Assembly: GCA_030265395.1 (NCBI GenBank)
Contig: JARFYF010000084.1
Coordinates: forward strand, 78,063,432 to 78,122,654
Reading direction: 5' to 3'
Origin: Rhina ancylostomus
Lineage: Eukaryota
DNA: 59,223 nt
Shown: one piece after another, positions 50,268 through 59,223 of the stretch
Position numbering within the stretch: the first letter of the stretch is position 1
How the letters are laid out: each line of letters opens with the position of its first letter
Notes under the pieces: generated by a model
Database searches by the model: none
Told to the model about the DNA's origin: nothing
Seen by the model: the letters and a program-made list of their open reading frames with translations, nothing else
Translations under genes and position numbers: made by a program

Positions 50268-52569
50268 GTAAGTTGTGTGTTTTTAAATTTCTGTTGCCGC
50301 ACAATTTTGTTTGCAACTTGGATGTTTGCAGCGACTGAAGTTGAACTTCATATTATTGCAATGGAATGACTCGTGGCCAGGTTATAACTGGGGTGATGAC
50401 ATTCTGTCTTTTATTCTTTCATGTTACCAAACTCTTTAAAATATTCACTTCCTCATAGGATGTGGCCGTCATTGACATGTCCATTCTTAATTCCTCTTGA
50501 ACTGAGGAGGCACTTAAGAGTCAACCACACTGTCTGGCCATGGACTCCCATGAAGGTCTCTCAGGATAAGGGTGGCAGAGTTCCTTCTCTGCAGGGCATT
50601 GGTTTTCAGGGCGATTTAGTAATTGCATTTGCTTTAAGTTCCAGATTCATTTACAAGACTTTACTTTCCATCACTTTAAGTTCCCCAAATGCTAGAGTGG
50701 GATTTTTAATTGGTGTTTGCTGCTCGGTGGTCCAGTAACTTGACCATTAACCCTTGAATAGTTTGTGTTCCGGTGTGTTGGTTAGGCTACTGAAACCTTA
50801 ATCGTTGTGCATTAAGCATCAATTTTTATCAATTTTCCTTCCAATGTCTTTGCAAATGTATTTTTCCTTCAAAGAATAATTCTCTCCTTTCAATATGCAG
50901 GGTGCCCTGGGCATTCTTGATACAAATCATGCACCTTTCACTTTTTAGTACCTGGTTAAAGTTGCCACATCCTTTCACATCATAGAAGGTTAAAAGCAAT
51001 ATAAAATTTGTATTGTTAACCTTGTGGCTGTGTAATACCTCTTTCTTAGCAGGTAATGTTAATATACAATTTCTTGTGCTTTAGCTTCTGTCTGTAAATG
51101 GTTAATAATGTCATCCCCTAGAGTCTTTAGGATGATTGAGTGCACAGTTGTTCAGCTGGTCTCTGCACTTCTCACATTGCAGTGGTGTTTTAATGAGACT
51201 CTCCTATGAGCAAAGGCTCTTTAGGGCCCCTTGCTATCGACAGGAGGGGGCATAAAGTAATTTTCACATCTGGCTGTATTTGTATTTCAAGATGCAAGAA
51301 TTTTAGTAATTTTGCATGGTCAGGGAAATCTTCCTTGAGTGTCTTTTTGTTCTGNNNNNNNNNNTGCACTATGGGTTTCCTTCACTTTAGTTACTTTGCT
51401 TGTCTTTACTTCATCTTGGTGGCACGTGATTTGGATGTTGCCTTGGCTTGGTAATTACAGTACTGTTTTTTCCCCATCTTGTATCCCTTGCCTAAGAATC
51501 CTAAACATCACTGTTTCCTGTTTGAGTATGCATTTCCACATGCCAACATCCACTCATTAACTTCTGTCAGGCAATTCATTGTGTTCAACATGTTGGTAGA
51601 AAGTGTAGTTTCACATTTTGTTTAGAAATATACATTAGCATAGNNNNNNNNNNNNNNNNNNNNNNNNNNNNNNNNNNNNNNNNNNNNNNNNNNNNNNNNN
51701 NNNNNNNNNNNNNNNNNNNNNNNNNNNNNNNNNNNNNNNNNNNNNNNNNNNNNNNNNNNNNNNNNNNNNNNNNNNNNNNNNNNNNNNNNNNNNNNNNNNN
51801 NNNNNNNNNNNNNNNNNNNNNNNNNNNNNNNNNNNNNNNNNNNNNNNNNNNNNNNNNNNNNNNNNNNNNNNNNNNNNNNNNNNNNNNNNNNNNNNNNNNN
51901 NNNNNNNNNNNNNNNNNNNNNNNNNNNNNNNNNNNNNNNNNNNNNNNNNNNNNNNNNNNNNNNNNNNNNNNNNNNNNNNNNNNNNNNNNNNNNNNNNNNN
52001 NNNNNNNNNNNNNNNNNNNNNNNNNNNNNNNNNNNNNNNNNNNNNNNNNNNNNNNNNNNNNNNNNNNNNNNNNNNNNNNNNNNNNNNNNNNNNNNNNNNN
52101 NNNNNNNNNNNNNNNNNNNNNNNNNNNNNNNNNNNNNNNNNNNNNNNNNNNNNNNNNNNNNNNNNNNNNNNNNNNNNNNNNNNNNNNNNNNNNNNNNNNN
52201 NNNNNNNNNNNNNNNNNNNNNNNNNNNNNNNNNNNNNNNNNNNNNNNNNNNNNNNNNNNNNNNNNNNNNNNNNNNNNNNNNNNNNNNGATCATGATCATT
52301 CATGGAGGTGTGTGTGGAAAGAATGCTAACACACTTTCTCCCTCATGGACAACAAATGCAGTTGTGCTGGGTCTACAGATGAGGTTTGAGGTGTAAATTC
52401 CATGGGTCCAGTTCCAGAAGCAGTACCAGATCCACTCGACCTCCCCACAAAAAATTGTCTAACAGTGCATTGCTGACTCATTGGTTATTTTTAATCTTAA
52501 ATGAGTTGTAGGTAGGTTTAGGTACCAGTAATTAGTGAAGGTGTAACATTCTTGATCTACATCAATTTG

Positions 52570-53159
52570 ATGAACATCTGGTGGTTCTGGTACATTCCTC
52601 CCACCATCGTCACTAAACCTCTTGCATCTTACCATAAACCTAAGCCCTCTGGTTTTAGAACATAGAACAGTACATGGCCCTTGGGCCCATGATGTCTGTG
52701 CTGACCATGTTGCCCATCTGAATTGCACATCTGATTCCATGTAATCTATATCCTTCAATTAGTCTGTTCATGTCTGTCCAAGTGCCTCTTAAATGTTGCT
52801 ACTGTATGTGCTTCCACCACTTCCTTGGCACTGCATTCCAGGCACCTACAACTCTCTGTAAAAAGAATTTGCCATGTAAATGACCTTTTAAAGTTTCCCA
52901 ACTCAATGTAAATTCCCCCTCTCAGAAACCCATGCCCTCTGGTATTTGACATTTCTACCTGGTTTGGGGGTGGGGGGGGGGGGGGTGGGGAAGGAAGCTA
53001 ATTGTCTACCCTATCTACACCTTTCATTTTATATACTTCAATTAGTTTGAACCTCAGCCNNNNNNNNNNNNNNNNNNNNNNNNNNNNNNNNNNNNNNNNN
53101 NNNNNNNNNNNNNNNNNNNNNNNNNNNNNNNNNNNNNNNNNNNNNNNNNNNNNNNNNNN

Positions 53160-53233
<74 letters not shown>

Positions 53234-53400
53234 GGAAGCTAATTGTCTACCCTATCTACACCTTTCATTTTATATACTTCAATTAGATTGAACCTCAGCC
53301 TCTGACACTCCCAAGAAAGCAATCCAAGTTTGTCCAACCTCTCCTAGTGAATACTCTGTAATCCAGGCAACAGCCTGGTGAACTCTACACTGTCTTTAGA
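52570..53400 (-). mobile_element. CR1 3' fragments spanning a gap
   Basis: MSNTRGH.., KEVVEAHTVATFKRHLDRH and a tagaacatagaacagtac tail. Confidence 0.8.
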
Positions 53401-54980
53401 GGTTCCTGAGATGAAATTTTGATCCACCTTCACAAGGGTCTTGCTGTGGATCTTGATTGCTGGGGTAGTTTGGTAAAGGTCTCTTGGCTTCTGAATATTT
53501 AATTCTGACTCTTTACTGATTTCATTTCTGTGATGCAGGCATCACTGGCAAGGGCAGTTTTTATTGCTCACAAGAATGTAGATGTGAGCCATCCAACTGA
53601 ACAATTGTAGCCTATTATGTAGGTGATGCACAGTGCTGTTACATAGAGAGATGTGAACTTTTCACCTGCTGGTGATGAATGAGAGTCTATACATTTGTGA
53701 GCTATGGTATTGTACAACTTGGAGTGTGAAGATTGATAATGTTGTCGAGAGCTGCCACTCTTGAAATTTGAAATGGTATAAATTTCAGATATGAAGTCCC
53801 TGGTGAAGTAGCTTTGTTGTGGAAACTTGGATATATGCACCTTTTATTCCTGTTCCTCTGTCACTGGATCAGTATCTTGGAATTCCTTATTATGCCAGTG
53901 CCAATATTGTTTGGTCTTCTATGGTTAAAGGAAAAGCCCCTTGCCACTTTCCCAGGTGACTGATAACGAGGCAGTAATGCACTACTAGCATTACCATCTC
54001 AACAAATAAAAAGCCAGGGAATCCTGAACATTAAGGCATGGGCCTTGTTCTTTCTGTCTGGTTATTGTTGATTGCACTCTGCATCTGACATTTGCATGCT
54101 TAATACAACTGGATGCTTAAGCTCTGACTCAAGCATACTTGACATGGAGCCTGTTTTAGACAAGAAAACTGCCTTCCAGCTCAACAATGGTGACATTTAG
54201 TAATTTATAGAGAGCAAAAAATTGATCTGCATGCTCTTGTTCTCAGTCGCACGCAAGGTGAACAAAATTGAATTTTTTTTGCATGGATTCACTTGTGCAC
54301 AATCAGCTTTGATTATTATGGATTCAAGCTTGCAGTTCTTTCTCCTTGTCCTTTCTGTACTAACTTTAGTGATCAGTGTCAGGTATGTGTGGAAATTTCC
54401 TGCTAAACCATAAACATTGAACTCAACATTTCTGTTGACCTTTTTAAAATACTCCATCACCAACATACACTGGCATGGAAAATGGATGTTGATATTGTTG
54501 AGTAGTATAAGTGACCTGTTGCAACATCTTTTTTTAACACACATTTCAAACTGAGTTTTTCTTTCCCACTCAGGCTCTTGGGTGGTGAGAGCATGGAACT
54601 GGGACTAGTTTCAGTTTTCTGGATGAGCATTAGTGGGAGGCCAATGATGTCATTCACAACAAATTTTACACATACTCCAGAGATTTTCCCCACACAGTTC
54701 GATGGATTGTCTTTAAAGGATGCGTGACATTGCCTTGGTTGACTTTGATTTGTGTCTGAGTTCAATGAAAGAAATGCAAACTTGCAAGGTGGCTTTTTCT
54801 TAAAGTTCAAAGATATAGCTTTCTACAGTATTACAAGGTTTGAGAAATCTGCCATTCTTGGTTAAGATAGATGAAATGTTTTTTTTCTGCACTGACTTTT
54901 TGAAACTGGGAATTGGTGTGTTTTAGTTTAGGAATTTGTGTTTTTGAATAATTGCTATGGTGCTGCTGTATTTCCCTCAG

Positions 54981-55139
54981 GGGCTGCAGCCTGATAGACA
55001 AGGATGGTCTGTTGAAACGATGCCAGGGTCTCAACCGGGAGGTGGCAGAACTTAGCCTGAAGGAGAAGAAGTTGGATGACTTGATCCAGAGTTGCACCTT
55101 GGACCTCAAAAAGCTGACGGAGGACTTTGAAAACCAAAG
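54981..55139 (+). CDS. E2F3: E2F3 exon 4 (coiled-coil dimerisation region)
   Basis: 159 nt, [52 protein letters not shown](R), followed by the U12 donor ATATCCTTG. Confidence 0.96.
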
Positions 55140-55658
55140 ATATCCTTGCTGATTTCCCAAAAATTTTGAAGGGGTTTGATATCCTTGTTTTCACAGGCAA
55201 GAGGATCCATAATCAGATGATGCAGTTTGAAGAAATTCACTGAAAGAGCTGCAGAAAGNNNNNNNNNNNNNNNNNNNNNNNNNNNNNNNNTCTAGACTGA
55301 ACAACTTGACAGAATTTAATAACTATTTTCAAAATAAAATGAAAAATTTACAGGACCTTGGAGAGATCATGCAAGTGGGACTAAGTTAGCTCAGTGGATT
55401 GAATGTACTTGTCTGGTAGCAAGATTTAAACTTGTAAGACCCTTTTTAAAATTATATTAATGAATATCTCAGCTAAATGAGGGAACCTGTATTTAATCCA
55501 CAGTACTTTCCTCTAAAAGGAAGATCTTGGAGGTAAATTGCTTCTGTGTTGTTTTTTTTAAGTGGGTGGAAACCACTTCAAGTGTATCTTGAACTTCAAT
55601 GACTGAGAATGTGGTGAATTTATTTGTGACTCTGTTCACTGTCCTTAACATCTTTCAC
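55140..55658 (+). other. U12-type (minor spliceosome) AT-AC intron of E2F3
   Basis: 5' ATATCCTTG, branch site TCCTTAAC at 55642-55649, 3' end ..TTTCAC. Splicing restores [12 protein letters not shown]. An AT-AC intron at this position is a known feature of E2F genes. Confidence 0.96.
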
Positions 55659-55773
55659 ATTAAATTATGTAACATATCAGGACATCAGAAAGATCCAGAG
55701 CTTTAAGGGCCAGGTGGTAATAGCTGTGAAAGCTCCTCCTGAAACCAGGCTCGAAGTGCCTGATCCTTATGAT
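55659..55773 (+). CDS. E2F3: E2F3 exon 5 (marked box)
   Basis: 115 nt, [38 protein letters not shown]; donor gtaagt. Confidence 0.96.
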
Positions 55774-56030
55774 GTAAGTCTGATCTCAGAGTGGGCTTTT
55801 CAAGATTTTATCAATATTTGTAAAACCTTTTCTCTTTATGGCATATTTACTTATCCCTCTATTTGTACTGATTGGAGCAGAACTGCTTCTGGTACACTTT
55901 TGAGAAGCCTCCCTTTTGAAGTATATTTACAAAAGAATTGTCTTATTTCGCTTATTTTAAAAAAAATTGTTTGCCATCCATTTCACTAAAATGCCAACTT
56001 GTGTAATTATTTGTATCTAATTTCATTCAG

Positions 56031-56169
56031 AAATTGCAGATACATTTGCTAAGTTCGAGGGGGCCTATTGAGGTTTATTTGTGTCCAGATGATTCTGCAG
56101 CATCAAGTAGTCCATTGAAGGCCAGCAGCAAGGAACATTCTAGGAGTATTTCTCAGCTGCGTGTGCGAG
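56031..56169 (+). CDS. E2F3: E2F3 exon 6
   Basis: 139 nt, KLQIHLLSSRGPIEVYLCPDDSAASSSPLKASSKEHSRSISQLRVR. LQIHL.S..GPIEVYLCP motif; ttcag / gtaaga boundaries. Confidence 0.94.
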
Positions 56170-57954
56170 GTAAGACCTAGACAAATCCACTGATGGAAAG
56201 AGCTTCATTTTTTTGTATTTGCCTTCATGGTAGAATAATTAGAGGGGAAATAAAGGATCAGGTGAGAGTGAGGAACTTGAGAAAATTAGTAAAGAAATAT
56301 TAAGAAAATAATGGAACCAGAAGCCAACACTTCCTGTGTTCGATGAGCCTGTATTATAGTTTTAGATGTGTGCAGGTTTGATGAATGCATTGGAGTTCTG
56401 GAATTCCTTGGATTTTGAAATCCTGTGGATTGGAGGTAATAGACAGGTATTCTGGAAAGGCAGCTTAGAAATGAAGATGATGTGTCAGTTAAATGTTTAT
56501 TACCCCTTCTACCAATAGAGAATAGTTTTAATTTGGTGACAGAGCTGAGGGTGTGGGGGTGTTGCATGAGGAAGAATTTGTGGCTTTGCAGAGATACCAT
56601 CAATATAAAAGGGAAATTGTTAGAAAACATTGGGTTCATTTGAGGAGCTAGCAATTGGGGAAGATGAGTAGGAAACTGCATGGAGTTATATTTTTGCATT
56701 TGCAGAAATGCTTTGATAGTGCTACATTGATGATATTTTTGTATTGAAGGAAGACTGGTTAAAGGAAAAAGCATTCTGTAAGAATTAAAAGTAATCTTCC
56801 TGCTGTCAGGCTGTAACCGATCAAGTACTATAAGGATCGGTGCAATACTGTTTACAAACTTACTTGAAAGGACTTGTAGTGCATTCAGTTTTAAGGAATC
56901 AAACCAAGAAAGCAAAGTAGCCTGTTAGGATGTAAAGCTTGTAAGCCTGCAAAGAAGCTGAAAAAATATTAACAGGTCAAATGGGACAGAAGATATTATT
57001 TTAAGAATAATGAAATCCTATCGTAGTTGTGTGGGTATATGTATGATAGTACATCAAATATTTATGTGGGCGAGAGTGTCACAAGGATCACTTGTGAGAT
57101 GTGTTGCTCTGTGGTGATAGTGAGTTGACTAGGCCCTGAATTGGGGAGAATGAGTGACACTAAGGGGCTTGCTGAGGGGGAGGGGTGGGGGGCAGTGATT
57201 CTTCCCCTGAAGAAGCAAGGGTCACAGTTTCAGAATTGAAGCTTGACTAAGATGAAGAGAATAATCTTTATTTGATGGGTTGTGAATATGCCATCCTTAA
57301 GAGGCCAGTGGTTACTCTCATTAATTATAATCAGACACTGGAACTTTTGGATACAGAGGGATTTGAAGATGGAGTGTGAGGTGGAGTATGACCATATCAT
57401 ATGACAGAAGGCTTGAGGACTAAATAGCCCACAGCTGCTCCAGAATTTAGAAATGTTCCATATTTCCCCCACTGCATCAAACCCCCTATCTTTTTCCTAT
57501 TTGTCTGTTTGGCAGAAGCTCAGGCGATATAAAGTTAAGTGCCATGCCCACATCTCGTTCATTGAGGATGCTGCTGAGCCATTATATTCTGATCTGATCC
57601 TTGGGCTGGGTTGTCACTTTCCAATATGCTATTCTCCCTTGCTCTTAAATTGTCGACCCCATTTCCCTTGCAGATAACAATATGTTTGCTCTGTACCCCA
57701 ATTTGAACAGCAGGAATCTCAGTACTTCATGTTCTTTCTGTTACTGCTTTACAAAAATCATTTGCTAATGATTTTGCACTAAACTAAAGCCCTACTGCCA
57801 TTTCTTTTGAATTAAATTTTTTGCAGGAATTCCCTGGAGTCAAACAGCCATGTATTTTTTAAAAGGTATTTACTGATCCCTCACAAGTGGAAGGAATAAT
57901 TTAAACAGCAAAATGCGTCAGTTTCTCAGATCAAAGAATTTGAAGACAATGATT

Positions 57955-59223
57955 TATAGTCATAGAACACTACAGCACAGAAACAGGCCCTTTGGCCCAT
58001 CTTGTCCATGCCGGCCTGGTTTTCTGCCCAGTCCCATCTACCTGCAATGGGACCATATCCCTCCATACCTCTCTCATTTATGTACCTATCCAAACTTCTC
58101 AAATGTTACAATTGAACCTGCATCCACCACTTCCACTGGCAGTTCATTCCACACTGGCACCACTCTGAGTAAAGTTCCCTCTCAGATTTCCCTTAAATAT
58201 TTCACCGTTCACCCTAAACCTATGACCTCTAGTTTCACCCAACCTGAGGGGGAAAAAGCCTGCATGCATTCACCCTATCTATACCCCTCATAATTTTGTG
58301 TACTTTGTATCTCCCCTCAGTCTCCTGCGCTCCAGGGAATAGTCCTAATCTATTCAATCTATCCCTGTAACTTGGGTCCTCAAGTCCCAGCAACATCTTT
58401 TGAGCTTATTGATACACTTCCTGTAGATAGGTGACCAGAACTGCGCACAATACTCTAAATTTGGCCTCGCCAATGTCTTGTACAACTTCAACATAACATC
58501 CCAACTCCTGAACTCAATGCACTGATTTATGAAGGCCAATATGCTAAAAGCTCTTTACACTCTTATATACCTGTGATGCCATTTTCAAGGAATTATGGAT
58601 CTGTATTCCCAGGTCCCTTTGTTCTACTGCACACCTCAGTCCCCTACCATTCACTGTGTAAGCCTTACCCTGATTTGTCTTCCCAAAGTGCATCACCTTA
58701 CATTTGTCTGCATTAAATTCCATTTGCCATTTTTCAGCCCACTTTCCCAACTGGTCCAGATCACTTTGCAAGCTTTGATAGCCTTCCTTGTTCACTATGC
58801 TGCCAATCTTAGTGTTATCTGCAAATTTGCTGATCCAGTTTACCACATTATCTAAATCATTAATATAGATGATAAAACAACAACGGGCCCAGCACCGATC
58901 CCTGTGGCACACCACTAGTCACAGGCCTCCAGTCAGAGATGACAATCTCCTACCAGTCTTTGGCTTCTCCTGCTAAGCCAACGTCGAATCTGATTGACTA
59001 ATTCATCCAAGTGATTTAACCTTCTGGAGCAGCCTCCCTTATGGGACTTTGTCTACATGGACTTTATCAAGGTCTTTGTCAATCTCCACTGCCTTCCCTT
59101 CAACCTTCCTGGTAACCTCCTTGAAAAACTCTATTGGATTGTTTAGATATGACCTGCCATGCATAAAGCTATGTTGACTATCCCTAATCAGGCCCTATCT
59201 ATCCAAATATTTGTAATATCCTG
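57955..59223 (-). mobile_element. CR1 LINE RT and 3' end in E2F3 intron 6
   Basis: IIYINDLD..WISKFADNTKIG..LQSDLDQLGKWAEKWQMEFNADKCKVMHFG; LYKTLARPNLEYCAQFWSP; frameshifted. Confidence 0.93.

Noticed and set aside
52970-53300. Poly-G/poly-C runs, poly-Pro ORF and a duplicated ~65-nt segment
   Set aside because: Gap-adjacent homopolymer and overlap artefact inside a CR1 fragment.
56286-56915. 209-aa antisense ORF in E2F3 intron 6
   Set aside because: Non-ATG start, no recognisable protein motif; sequence looks like decayed repeat.
57827-57876. Candidate E2F3 terminal exon after ttttttgcag
   Set aside because: In-frame stop after ~15 codons and no pRB-binding EGISDLFD-like motif.
1-59223. 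CRISPR array, prokaryotic defence system or endogenous virus
   Set aside because: No regularly spaced repeats, operon-like ORFs or viral motifs seen; the RT-like pieces I recognised are ordinary decayed non-LTR elements.

Overview
Vertebrate nuclear DNA, most likely from a cartilaginous fish (inferred from the repeat set: HE1-like V-SINEs, Deu-type SINEs, CR1, Tx1 and Penelope elements). Two divergently transcribed genes match the MBOAT1-E2F3 arrangement known from human 6p22. MBOAT1 is on the minus strand (coding exons 1-2; the rest lies left of the window). E2F3 is on the plus strand (exon 1 mostly hidden in an N gap, exons 2-6 intact, last exon not found). E2F3 intron 4 is a minor-spliceosome AT-AC intron. 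The rest is mostly decayed retroelements and DNA transposons. I see no CRISPR array, prokaryotic system or clearly new protein-coding gene. The best leads are: a second U12 5' splice site 39 nt into the AT-AC intron that would add a premature stop; unusual substitutions in the E2F3 DNA-binding domain; a strong-Kozak micro-uORF ending 1 nt before the MBOAT1 start; minimal hammerhead motifs in Penelope tails, one within a long intronic hairpin; an orphan CpG/YY1 promoter-like element; fossil Harbinger and Ginger/KRBA2-like transposons; and a truncated U2 snRNA copy. All family and orthology calls come from recalled motifs, not database searches, and repeat boundaries are approximate.
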